Part shown: positions 38,475 to 51,969 of the stretch, piece by piece
Layout of the letters: every line of letters starts with the position of its first letter
Numbering within the stretch: the first letter of the stretch is position 1
NCBI GenBank assembly: GCA_051362555.1
Contig: CM120641.1
Location: 47,994,401-48,058,400 of the forward strand
Direction: 5' to 3'
Source: Lingula anatina
Lineage: Eukaryota > Animalia > Brachiopoda
Length of the DNA stretch: 64,000 nt
Notes under the pieces: generated by a model
Told to the model about the DNA's origin: nothing
Database searches by the model: none
Seen by the model: the letters and a program-made list of their open reading frames with translations, nothing else
Translations under genes and position numbers: made by a program

Positions 38475-41471
38475 TTTTGAAGTATGGTTGCGACTGGTTG
38501 GCCATATTTAGTTGGCGGCACTCGGATCATCCATTCTGAATGGAGCCATACAGAACCTGAAGTGACCTGAGAGAAGATGACACTCAACTGCTGTTCTACT
38601 GTACACATCAACAACATACTAGTACATAAAAAAAATACCCATGAGCAACATTGGACCATTTCTAGGAACAAAGCTCCACACTTTTGGTTTCTCAGAAACC
38701 ATATCATGTCAAAGATATATTCACATTACTGATATCAAAGCCGACAGGGTTGTTCCTTTACCAGGAACCAGCTAGGCTACTAGTTCATGCCAGGTCATCA
38801 ATTTTCATCAGTACTTGATACATCATTTTATTCCACATAGGTCATATTCACAAAAGATGATCGGCCAACTAACTGCTCCAAGGACTAAAAAGAAATAATC
38901 CCCCCCCCCCCCCCCCCACATGCCTTCCCTGCAGAGACCTAGCAATAAAACCTCAAAGCCTTGTTAAGGCGGGGAGATCAATAAAGGATTAGGCGGTCTT
39001 GCTTTCATGTAGGGTTCGCCATATTTGATCCGTGGATCAGTAGATTCAAGGATCACCTGTTCTGAATGTGACCTTGAAGAATTATTGTCTCTTATGTTTA
39101 ACTTCTCTTCTGTGCTGAATATGACCATAGTCAAAAGTAGTCACCTTCTTCTGAAGTTTGTTATTAAAATACAAGAGAAAAATGGTTTAAATTAAATATG
39201 GGGAAATGTGTAAGTACAGAATTTCTTACAACCTTTTATCAAGCCAAGTGATAGCAACCTATTACCAAGGCAAGTGATAGAAGTGGCGTTAAAAGGAGGA
39301 GGAATCTCTATAAATTTGTAAAACTAACCAATCCCGTCTAAGAGCAGACACACAAAACATAAATAATTTGACTGTCCATATCTTCCATGTGTGAGCAAAT
39401 ATCAGTAAAATCATTCATTCATAACATTTTCAGATCAAATTCTATGTCTCGTAGGAATTTAAAATTTCATTATACAATCTCATTAGAAAAAAAGGCTAAA
39501 AAGGAATATGGAGTCTAATGAATTTTCAATATATTTATTAGTAAGCCAGTCGAGATGTGAAGCCCATTAAGCATGGAAAACAATTTCAAGGAAAACAATA
39601 TCAAGTCAAGGCAATCACATGTTTTCTACATATTGTTTAGGACAGATTCCCATTGTTATTTAACAGGTGTTACTCCACAAGTTATCAAGACTCTAGACAA
39701 TAGATATTCACATTTCGAGGGCTGTGATATGGACATCTGTTTCTTAGAGGTCTTCATCCAGTGATGGTTCTATATTGAAAATGTGTCATCTCTAACATCA
39801 GGGGGCTACTATCACTGACGGAACAAACCCAAAACTTTACTGCTTCAGTCTTACATTTGTCAAGTTATGTTCTTTATGTATATATCAATTATCAGAACAA
39901 ATATTAAAAAAAAAAACTTCAATTGGCTTTGTGTGTGTGTGTGTGTGAGAGAGAGAAGCTGTGTTGTAGAGAAAGTATGAATCACAGAATTTCATACAAA
40001 ATAAACGAGATTTGTGAAGCAGTACCTTATTCGACTTAAAGACCATAGCAGGAGCAGGAAACAATGCGCTGAGCTGTGTTCTCTTCCACAGTTGTGCTTG
40101 TCATGATTCTTCAAGGAATCAAGCACAGCGCTACCTATTAAATATAGCATCCCTGCAGAGCTGCTTTAGAAGTCTGAGAAGCAGATGTAGCTCTAGTATC
40201 CATAACTACACCTGATATTTAATATCCTGACAGCAGCATTAATAAAAGAAAAAGGTTCCTGTTACACCTTTTATGTGTTCCTCTTTTTATACTTCTACAT
40301 TGTTTTATCTAACGTCTAGAAGTACACAGTGACAATCCTCATGTTTTTGAATAAGAAGGGAAAAGATGTAAAATATCCAAGGTGCTTTGGAAAAATCTGT
40401 GCATGCTAAGACTTTACACAGATTAGAGCACCGTGAAAAGAGAGAGAGAGAGAGAAAACCATGCAAGTTTTACTATAAGTGAATAATAGTCAGAATCAGC
40501 AGTAAGCACATATTCAAGTGATTCTGTTGCAATGCTCATTGTGAAAGCATATATTTCATGTAAACAATCTATACCAGAATTTCATCATTTTTCTGTTGGT
40601 TTATTGTGCATGATCCAAACACTAATCCTTTCTAATCCTTTCCAATATCTCCGTCATCATTACCTGCACATAACTGGTCCCTGAACTGCTTTCTCAGAAG
40701 ATGATAAGATTTCAATTACTTCCACCCCACAGGGGTTCACAGACAAAGTAAAAACAAGTGAAATATCAACCTCTTTATAATGATGAAAAGTTGACTAGAC
40801 AGTGCCCCCTCCCCTCAGATCAGTCAATTCCTATGGAAGCCAAATGAAAAAATATAAAAGGAAAAAGATGGCTTCATCTGAAAATTCGGAAACACAATCA
40901 CACATCAAAGGGGTTTAGTGACCTTCCCGGATATGAAAGCACAGACATAATATCATGTGAACTTACGGGGGGCAGACACCACACTAGCTTGCCATTCAAG
41001 CTTGTTTGCCTTCGAGATGATGGAAGGGAATCCAAACGTTGTTTTTTTTTAAGCAAGTATGTGCAATTTTGATCATGCATTGTCAACATATTCTAAGCAT
41101 GGAAGACAAGAGTCCTTTTGAGATTGCAGTGATGTCAAATTCAGCCCAAAGCAGAAGTTAGACCTGAAAAGCCACAAAGACACCTGAAAACATCTGTGCA
41201 CTGAGGAACATCAATACTTTTGCTTAATAACTCTGTAAACAATCAAAGAATATCCATCTGTCTTTATCTATAATTTAGCCGTCACAGTTAAATACTAGTA
41301 GTTATCAAAGTGCTTAATTTTTCCTCCTGCAAGCGAGTAAACAAGTGAAGTCTGAAATCTTTCTTGCAGATCAGTATATTAAGTCAAATGATTTCACAAC
41401 CGTGCTTTCATATCTGGGGAGATCACAGGCTATTGTACAATATAAATTAAACTGATTTCAAAATAGACAAG

Positions 41472-41473
<2 letters not shown>

Positions 41474-41524
<51 letters not shown>
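41474..41524. repeat. (TA)n microsatellite
   Basis: Directly visible. Confidence 0.98.
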
Positions 41525-41526
<2 letters not shown>

Positions 41527-41878
41527 TGGAATGCTGAGGCTCGCTTCACCACTAGGGCTTTTACTCCCTTTCACATACTCAAGTTAAAAAATAAAATAAT
41601 AAGCCCATTACTTTGCCATGTAGAGCATAGGGCTCTGTTTGAGGTGGCTTTCTCATGTAAAAGTCAGGCTATGAAGTTGTCAAGCTTTGAAAAATGCGTG
41701 AAACAGAAAAACTGTACTGAATGGTGTAAGAAGAGCCTACATTGCCCTCATCACAGAAGTTGGGTCATCAGTGGCAAAAGAACCTGCAAAACAAGTTTTT
41801 CTCCGAAAATAAAAAAATGTGGCATTGATGATACAAGAACTTGAGAAGCTTGCCATGTACTAATAATATGTGACCTAC

Positions 41879-43474
41879 CTTTCCTTTGCCTTCCCGCTTA
41901 GAGGGCGATTCCCTGCCATCAATGTTCTCCTCATCCAAAGAGAAGGAGGAATCCGACAAAAATTTCTCAGAATTACTCGAAACATCTGACTTTGAAGAAC
42001 TGATGCTGCTGTTTGAGAGTTGACGTCTTAATTTAGGATGATTCAACAGTTGCGGGGTGTTGTCAACGCTCTCCCAATTGTCCTCATTTTGTTTCCCATA
42101 AAGGTCACCTGGGTCACCCTCATGGCTGTGGTCACTGATAATGACCGCTGGAAGCATATGGGGCAACTGCGGGAAACTGAATGCCATAGCAACAGTGGGA
42201 GAGGAACTGGACTCAAAGGAGTCCTTTTCACTGCTGCCATTACTGTTCATTTTGTGTGAAAGAGTTAGTCTATTTTTTGATGTTTTGGTAGTCCCTTTCC
42301 TAACATGATTTAGTAGCATTTCATTGTGCTCATGAGATGCTGATACAGTCAGTAAGTCTAGGTGATCATCATCAGAATAAGGTAAGTTCAAGTCAACAGC
42401 TGAGTCTGCGTTACTAGAGCCCTGACTACTGTGACTACACTGCGGGCTGAGTAACGCCTTTTTATGTCCTAAACGCAAATCCGTCTCCAACTGCAGCGGA
42501 TTTGCAGCACCAGAATCAGGAATGGTAAACTGAAACTCGGGTCCACTTGTCTCCAGGGTTTTACCATAGCTCTGTTTGAGGTGGTCTTTGGCAGAATCAA
42601 AGCTACGTGCCACATGTAAATGGTCGTAATCAACAGTTTCAAAATCACTGGCTGAGTTCCTGCAGCCAGCAACATTTACCCCTCTGTCCGAGCCAGTGCG
42701 GTAGAGCCGCGAGTTGTGCGCCCCCCCAGGCACCAGAGTGTTTCCGTACGCCATCCTTGGTTCCACATTCAGGTCATCATCACTGGCCACGTCACTACCA
42801 GGCAAGGACCTGTCCATATGTGTCACGGTCCTATTCTTGGAGCACCTTCTTGGAAGTTCTGGCGACTGCTGCAGGGGAGAGTGCTCTGGACTCCTGTCTA
42901 ATGGACGAGTATCAGAAACACTTTTCACTTGGTCAGCGACTATAGTTGCAGGCAAGTCAAGTTCACTTTTGGATAAATATTCCTGTGCATAGCTTGCAAG
43001 TCCTGGGTCCTCCACATGATGGGGTAACACCAAGCCAGCACCATATTTAGCACCAGACAAAGCCAACGCACACTTGGCGTTGCCACTTCTTTTACCTTTG
43101 TGTCTCCTCTCTTTGCTCTCAATCAGAGGTTTATACTTCACAATTAAATTTTCAATGGAATAACTTTTCTGGAGGTCATGGTATATGGACAGACTGGAGT
43201 CCTCTTTAGACCGCCTATGTTGTGAGTGAGGCGCAGTGCTAGGAGTACCTTTGGTAGAAGCTATGTTCGTGTCACTGTTCCAGAGAGTGGAATTGTGAGA
43301 CATGTCCTCTTGGTTTTGTAACTCATTCACTGGTCCTGGCGGGGTCCTGGAATGTTGATGGTGTCCACTGGCCTGTGACGTGGACTTGGAGTGGCTGCGA
43401 TGGCCAAAGAAACTCCAGGAATGACGCAAATGCTTAGCGGAATGTTTTTTCGGCTCCATACTGTGACCCTTCAT
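41879..43474 (-). CDS. ITPKB: IP3 3-kinase alternative N-terminal exon, long isoform (532 codons, Ser/His-rich, probably disordered; about 837 aa product)
   Basis: 568-aa ORF. Donor AAG|GTAGGT is phase 0 and fits the acceptor at 24388. Strong acceptor ttttttgtttcAG at 43523-43524 lies upstream of the ATG. Confidence 0.78.
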
Positions 43475-43850
43475 CTGCCTCCCAGGTGGAGTTTTTACTT
43501 CATTTATGTGTTACTTGAAAACCTGAAACAAAAAAAGAATTTGTTAAAAATCGTTTAAAAAAAAACAATAATATGAATGATAATAAAAAGAAAACAAAAT
43601 CATCACATTTAACCACTAAACTTATTCAATTGTCATTTTGTTTAAAGTGTACAGATTTGGTCCAATACAGCAAAGCCAAAAAAGTTTGATACAATTTCAT
43701 TTAGTTCTCTCCTATTAAACAGTCCGATTAGAGAGGTCGCCATTTTTTTTGCATTTTTACATTCTTCTCGTGAAGTTCTCCATATAAGGACATTTTTATT
43801 GTAAAAAATAAGGTTCTGTTATATAAAATGAAACTGTCCCAATGCTATCC

Positions 43851-44016
43851 CACACCCCATTCCTAAACCCCCCCAACCCCCGTCACACCCCATTCCTGAA
43901 CCCCCCTGACCCCTGTCACACCCCATTCCTGACACCCCCTTGACCCCCTGTCACACCCCATTCCTGAGCCCCACAACCCGTCACATCCCGTCCGAGCCCC
44001 CCCCCCCCAACCCCTG
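43851..44016. repeat. C-rich about 33-bp minisatellite, about 5 copies
   Basis: cacaccccattcctgaaccccc...acccctgt units. Confidence 0.9.
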
Positions 44017-46068
44017 TTCTGTGCAATGTCACAGTTCACTCCTCTGGCTCAGTTTTCTCTCTAGAGCTTGCTGTAATCTCCGTGGAAGCAGCCACAGAAG
44101 TTTTATAAGGTTACACATGTACACTTTTGAGATAAATGTGGTTGCACTTACTTAAAGTTTGAAATGTTTAACCTCAGCAGTGTCATGACTGCTTGAAAAA
44201 CAATGCCTTCTCAATCGATTTAACGATTTTACATAAAAGTAAAAAGATTGTTTTTTCTATTCACTTCAACATTGAGAACGAAGTAATTTTTCTTCAGTCA
44301 ACAGCTAAATATTGAAAAAGTTTTACCTCCAATATTTCCATGTCTCCTTGATGAAAATGTTCTGTTGATATTAAGCTGCTGACTGAAGAAAAATTGCTTC
44401 ATTCTTATAACATAACACAGCTGCTGAAATTCTTCTCTCACTTCAACATTGTTTTTCAAGCTTTAACACTCAATCTTAAAAAACAGCAAGCGTATCTATT
44501 ATCATAATGGCTATTATGATGTGAATTTACCCATATTTTTTGGTTTTCATCCATTAAGTTACAATTATCATTTCAAGTGATCATTGGACACATTAAGTTT
44601 GTACAAATTGTACTAGGTACAGTTTTCAAATGAAATAACTATCGTCTAAACAGTCTTGTATTTTCTTAACAAATTTTCCCTCTATCGCCACATCTGTCCG
44701 TCAGACCTAGTTATGATGTCAGGGGTAACCTAGTGCATAGTTTATACTAATGAAATTTCAAAAAACTCAAAACACACAGTTAGCACACCTGTTAAACAAA
44801 AATCTACCACAGTTAACAGTACAAATGCAGAAGACAACATGCCCTTCCTAGGCCTTCAGAAACCTGCTTACTAATACAAAGACCTAAGAAGGTAAACCTT
44901 AGGCAAGGACAAATGTATGATTCAGTCTTTTGTGTAAGCTCTCTCAACCACATCCCCATTTCATGACTCTTCCTCAAAATACAACAAATAAAACCAATTC
45001 AAACCCAACAGGCAGATTCTCCTTACTCATGGCTCATTATGGAAGTAAATGCAGATGATTTGAATCTCAGATTTTTGAATCAGCATTTTCTTCAGTAAAT
45101 GTATGACCCACACAACTACATTATTTACAATAATTCTGCCAGTGAAACCTTCTTAACCAGTATAACTTAACCTGCTATCATTTGTATTGCAGTATTGATT
45201 TTCATTTGTTATATATTTCTTTCTCTATCTATCTCCCTCCCAAAACAAAGGTTGTATTCAGTGATTTTGAGATACCGTGATACACCTTTCTGTACTTCAA
45301 ACCACAAACCGCCTCTTTCCACTGAGAGCTAAGTCATTGCACGTAACAATTTTCTAGGAAACATAATTTCTTAGAGATCTAAGCCATTTTATTTCCTCCT
45401 AATTGCATTTCTTGATAATGTTCCACAAGGCTCTTCCAGGGGTGCTTAATAGAAACAAAAGGCTTCACCAATTCTTCTACAACTGATAAACTTGGGGCTT
45501 TTTCCCAATGAAGCTGTTCTATGTAGATTGATGTTACTCCCTGGAGGCTCTCGCTGAATGCACTCCAATTAACACACCTCCTGGCAGTGGGCAGAATACA
45601 GAAAAGCTGCGATTTTACAGGTACATTGCAAACAAGAGGTGGCATATTAATCTGTTAAACTGATTGCATATAGCAAGAGTCCCCATGGAGTTGGATCGAT
45701 CTTCTAGTACGTAGAACAAGTTTCATTGGGAATGGGCGATTATACTGGGTTAGCACTGAACAACTTCACATTATCTGAACAACTCCATTAAGATCACTTT
45801 GATTAGCTTTTAAAATCTATTTAACATCCATCTTCACTTACTGGAATCAGTCAAGATTAAAATCTCTATTTAATATTTAACCCAATTATCTTATTGACTG
45901 AACCTCTTTCAGATTAAATCTCTCTTTTTTCCAGGGTATAATTGTCATTCCTCTTCAACAGGGAGGATGAAATTAAATTATCTATCTCTGTTATCTCTTT
46001 AAACCATCTCTACCTTCTATGACTCATTATAGTTCAAAGATTTTTACAAGCTGTAGGTTACTTCTCCT

Positions 46069-46196
46069 TACCCTCTACCAGGGCGACTGATAGATTTTTA
46101 CAGATATTCACAGATATGTCTCTAGCTAGATAGATGGTCATTTTGGCTCTAAGTCTTAAGTCTGTAAAAATCTATCAGTCGCCCTGGTAGAGGGTA
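46069..46196. mobile_element. 128-bp hairpin MITE, perfect 36-bp TIRs, 9-bp TSD ACTTCTCCT (Mutator-like TSD length)
   Basis: TIRs 46069-46104 and 46161-46196. TSD at 46060-46068 and 46197-46205. Confidence 0.92.
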
Positions 46197-46256
46197 ACTT
46201 CTCCTGAAGGTGGAGAACATTGAGAGTATTCACAACAAAGTTGATCCATGGACTAA

Positions 46257-47864
46257 CAGACATGCTGAAACTGTCGGTCCGATCGGTCATGACCGGCAAA
46301 ATTTGTCTGGACCGGTAAAATATTGTACTTTGTCGGTCCAAAGGACCGACAAGAGTTTTAAGAGCCGCCATTTTGAATTAACAGTTAGCGTTCGATGTGC
46401 TTCAGAAATAAAATTATATAAAATCCACATCATTTTTTCTTCCATTTACTAATCTAGTGACACGTAAAAATGACCACATTTCGGTCACATTCACTTACAA
46501 AGTACGCTAGCCAATCGTATTATCCCTCTCTCAAACGAATGGGTTCTTCCCCATGGGGAATCCCCCTGCTCTCGATAATTACGCGCCCCGTCATTGGTAT
46601 ATTGGCCGCGACACACAGACAGCTATCACGAGGGCGGTCCACACTGCCAAGCACATGTAAACATGCAGGAAAAATGTTTACTGCTTAACTTGGACGCCTG
46701 ACTCCTTTCTCAAGAACAATTATTCATATAGGAACCAAGGATAATGAGGCCTGACCTTCGAAGGTACGTATACATCGTTATTCGTTCTTTTAGGGAGAAA
46801 AAAGCGTTGATAGTAGCCTACATGGAAATGAGGTCACCCGATTCACTCAGTAAAAACGATTTCAGAATTATAGGACTGAATATTATGCGTAATCAATGGT
46901 GATTGTAACGATATTTAACAAATGGGTACTTTCGTTTGCATTCAGCTAATACGCGGCAGTGCCTTCCGCATTGCGACGTTTTACGTAAAAAAAGTTTGAC
47001 AGTTTGGTCGATTCCTCGAACCTAATGTATGAACATAATGGTTCACAGATTTTAAATATCCCGTAAGCATAAACGCGATACCTGTTACCAGTACCAGTTA
47101 CAGTTTTCATATTATCAGTATGTACATTTTTATTATTTTAGATTATGATATCGTCGAGTCCTGACCAGGAAGCCGTTCGTTTCCATGCAGATGAGACAGA
47201 TACAGTGAAGTGGCTAGCATGTTTCATGCATTGGCACTCCCATTCGGACTACAATCTTTACTGTTTGTGTAGCATCAAAATTTGCAAATTATTTTCAAGG
47301 AAAGGAGAAATTGACCAAGAGCAATTTTTGCTACTGTTGAACAGTGGAAATGAGTTTTTTCATTTAATTTTTTATCAAATTCATTTCAATTTGAAACAAT
47401 ATTAATTTTTTTGAGAAATTGATCATGATAAAATTTACAATTAACCTAAATTTATGACAGGGATGTGAAATATATGATGAATTTCTTTAAGCCGTACGTG
47501 CACTATTGAATTAAAGGACAAAGGACTAAGTGTGAAATTCAAGGACTTTCAAAGGAAGAAACAAAATCAAGCTCTTCTTAAGGCCTGTATGAACCCTGGA
47601 ACTTGTGAAATGAGTACAACAATAAAGCAGTGCTTCACAAGTGTGTGTTTTTGTTTTTTTTTAATTTACAACATGTCCAAATTATTTAATAGTATTACTG
47701 AATATGTATTTACAAGAGTTACTTCTGTTTACTACTATGCAAACAAAACGTTTCCATTATTGAATGGACATTTTCGGTCCGGCAAAAGTCCATTCGGTCC
47801 GGCAAAGTTTTCATCACTGCCGGTCCGAATGTCCGGCAGTTCTGAAAAGTTTTCAGCATGTCTG
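46257..47864. mobile_element. 1.6-kb non-autonomous hAT-like transposon nested in an older MITE
   Basis: TIR CAGACATGCTGAAA/TTTCAGCATGTCTG, subterminal TCGGTCC repeats at both ends, and duplicated target GACTAA (or GGACTAAC if the ends are shifted by 1). Confidence 0.88.
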
Positions 47865-50800
47865 GACTAACTAGTCCACGCATCAAATATGGCTTGCACT
47901 TGACAATGGATTCCTGCACCCTACGTGCACCATCCCAGCAGGGGCAGAGCAATTAAATCTCGGCACGCTTTCGCTGTTCTGAATGCGTCCATTTCAGATG
48001 TTCCGAAATGTGATAATCTGAGAAAAACAGGATCATCCTATCACCCTATGAATTTCAACAATTTTCACTGTAATACTTCACATAATCATCTCAAATTTAT
48101 TTCATATATGCAATAAATAATAATACAAAATAAAAATAGGTATCAATATGAAAAACTAAGTAAATATAAGCAGGAAACTGCATGAGTGTGTAAAGTTCAA
48201 AAAACAACAAATTAAATTATGATTATCTGAGGAAAGCCGAATAATCACATCATCCGATCTAAGTTACTAAATAAAGACCATATGAATGTACAGAGACTTG
48301 TGATAACACGTTGCACCAAATTGTTACATCAATATAATATTCTACCAAAAAATAGGACAAACATTTGACTAGATACATATATGCAAGACGCAGTGTATTA
48401 TGTAGTGCGGTGCTAGGAGGTCAAACACAACTGAAGCTGTTTAAAATGTTTGGGACTCTCGCTGAGTGCAATCAGCTTACTAGTAACTAAATGACTTGTC
48501 TCCTCCTGGTTATGAGTAGGATGTAGAAAAGCTGGTGATTATACAAGAACAAGAGGAGGCGTGTCATTCCATGCACTAAGAGAGAGTCCTCACAGAGTTG
48601 GAACGATCTACATAGACCAATGATGTAAATGGGAATGGCGTCATACATGCTGAAAGTCATTAATTCTGAGGTTGTCATAGAGAAAAAAAAGCTATAAAAA
48701 TGTATTCAGGAGAACTGGTTTTCTTGTGCTACCACAGGCAGTATTTACAGTATATGATAAAAGGGCTTCTTTCAAAGCTAAAATAATCCAAAAACTCCTC
48801 ACACTGCATTTGTTTTGGAGAATACTATTGATATAATCACAATGTAATATTGCCCATACTTAGATGTGTACTTTTATTTCATTTGATATAGCTATTAAAA
48901 TGTTTTTTTCAACAACATGACCAGTCAGTCATTTTATTAAAAATGTTTTAAGGGCATCTTTGTAAACAAAACCAATCCATGGACCCAAATCTAAGTTTAC
49001 CTTGCCTCTCTGATGCTCTCTACTTACTAGTAACTGAGATTATAAGTGAAAAATTAAAAATCATTATCTTTTAATATGTTTTATAAATTTTGACTGGGCA
49101 TAACACTTGTTTATGCTAAAAATACCAAAAACATTTTTTACTTATAACACTATAAATAAACCGCTATAAATAATCCTGACATAAATGACTTCCTGTAAAA
49201 TGTTCAAGATATGCATTCAATGTGCCCCTTAACAAATATACATACATGTTCACCTAAAGCTCATTTAATCTGCTTTGTGTTATTCAATACTACATAATAA
49301 GTCCACCTTAAACTCATTAAATTTGATTTTTGTAATATACTATAACTAGTTCACCTGAACTACATGGCATCAGACTTGTGTAAAACATCTTGCACTGTCA
49401 TCTTCTCAACATAATCAAGCACTGGTCATATATTCTACCCGTCACAGTAAAATGTAATATGCAGCTATTTTTGGCTGGTAATGCCAACAGAAAAAGTCAC
49501 GCACATCATTCTGTTCACATGGATGGCACGGAACACAGGAAGTCGTGACTATGATATAAGGTGCCTTAATGTAGGAAGATGACTTATAACAACTCTGACA
49601 ACTTTAACAACAGATATTTCAATACATGATGCTGGCTAGTTTGTCTACCGAGGATAAAAATAGTCCAAGTAATTTTATAATATAAGGCCCAGAACTGAAT
49701 TGATAGCAAAACTATTTTATTTCAATATCAAATATTTGTATATATTACTATGAATATCAGAAGGAAATAACCTATTAGTTGTAAGAATTTGATAAAGGGG
49801 GCTCTAGTGCTTTTTATAATTTGCACAATTAAATTCAAATCCTCATAAAAAATGTTCATTGCAAAAAAAGTTTCAAGGCTATGGCTGTTGTTCATTAAGT
49901 ATTGTTTCCATTCCCAAAATTGCTTTCAAGTCTATGAACACATTTCCTTACTGTGGACGTATTTTCACACTCAGCAACAGCAGTCAAATGTACAACGACA
50001 TACCTCCAATGACATACCTCCCCCTTTCAAATCTTTCTTCATTTACACTGGCTAAAACAAGAGAACATCATCTTTGTTCCAAATTATAGCTGTCTTCTAA
50101 TGACTACTACAAGGTAGTTGAAATATATGTAAACCTATCAGTTATGCACCAATTTACCAATAGCTCTGTCTAAAAACAGACACAGGCATGCTTCAGAGCA
50201 TGAACCCCCCACCAAATTTACCTCACTTACTTTTAATGTCCTGACTTTAACTGGGGAAAGATCTCACTTTTACAGCTAGTGCATTTTGCTGACCATTCTC
50301 AAAGCTACTGAAGACTGAGGACCTTCAAGTGGTTCTATCACAGACAGTTTTCGATTGTAATAAATCACCTCGAGTGCCTCCCCCCTCTGTATTAACACCA
50401 TGAGCCAAGGTGAGAGCATCCTTATTGACCAAAATTCCCCTATTGACATTAATCCCATTACCTGAAGTGAGGCCATCAAAACAAGGTTGGAAAACAAAAC
50501 AACACGGTTAACTTATATTATCTCTGGCTGCCTCATGACGAGTGTCCTAAGAAGTGACCCGACTTCCCTGTAGAAAGCAACTAGTATTTATCTAATAACT
50601 CCTGTGAACTCATTCTAGCATCATCTTATCACTTTAACTGGTCTCTCAACTTAATTCAGTTTATTGATAATATTAGTGTTTGGCAGTTTAAATTCATTTT
50701 GTTAAGTAGAAGTCTACATAACTGTCTAATTTCTAAATGGCAGCTAGACTGATCTCTGATGTGCATAAATATTGCATATGTCTGATTCTACCTGTTGCTT

Positions 50801-51783
50801 TGAAAACCTTTTTGTAAAGTCCCATGCATGATTGGTACAGAGAGAAAAAGACAAGAGGTGAAACCTCTTCAATCATCTCTCTGCTGTTAAAGATCAAATG
50901 TTCAAAAAATACTGGTGGAAAAGAGAAAAACAAATGGCAAATATTTTGAATTGTACACAGTGTAATTTTTGATTGACAATTACCCACCCTCTACATGTAC
51001 AGGTATGCTATTAGGTGGTGATTTAAGTTTAACAGTAATTTTATATTTACATTACTTTTCATTTGTCAAATGATTTGTAGTACAAATTTAGATTCAATTA
51101 CATAAAACATTTTTAAATGTAATGACTACATATATATGATTACTAACATTATGCAGTCCTTTTGTAATGGCTTTGATGAGTAGCCAGTGGATAGACCCCT
51201 GTCAAACGGTTATTGAGAAAACCTGTTTATGGCATGCTTATCACTATGGCCATCTCAGACCAGGGGGTCGGGTCTAGATGAAGAAGTCCTGTACTAGTAA
51301 TTAAGTTATCTACGGTACCTGACCAAAGCTAAACCCTGCTCCTATGTTTGTGCAATTACCCTGGCTTCTCATATCACATGGAACCAAGAAGCTTTGTTCC
51401 TTGTTACTGGTATATGAATCATGATTGTTTCAGTACAAAGAGCTAGGATATTACTGTGAGGAAGTTACAGAGGGAAACTGACTGCCTATGACCTCAATCT
51501 TATAAATATCCAACCACAGTTCTGAATGTCTTACAGCACAGCAAAATGTGCTAATGATTCATACAACAGGATTTAATTTTGGAGATGTGAGCATAAATTT
51601 CCCTTAATTCAAGATATCGTGAACAAGTATTACCTGTATTTTCTTTAATAACATACTGTTACTGTATCCTGCTAAAACCACTTTAATATCCTATCAGGTA
51701 AAGTGTTCTTGATTTCTGTAAAACATCTTTGGTTATTAAAGAGTCTTCCACATCTTGAATAACTCTTTGGGACCAGCCGATAT

Positions 51784-51969
51784 CAGGCCCATAGCCGGGG
51801 GGGGGGGGGGGGGGGGGGGGGGTTCGGGGGGTTCAAAAGAACCTCCCCTTTTGCTGGGAAAAGGTCCACTCTGGGTAAAATTTGATCTAGGTACATGTAG
51901 TTTTTATGGGAAAAGGTCCACCTTTTCAGAAAAAGAACCCCCCTTTTGAAATTGCTGGCTATGGGCCTG
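51784..51969. mobile_element. MITE with CAGGCCCATAGCC TIRs and poly-G; degenerate relative at about 13708-13865
   Basis: 13-bp perfect TIR and internal aaaaggtccac repeats. TSD not clean. Confidence 0.75.

Noticed and set aside
42038-43122. Several overlapping ORFs of 60-112 aa on both strands
   Set aside because: Shadow frames of the long GC-richer IP3K exon, with no independent splice or motif support.
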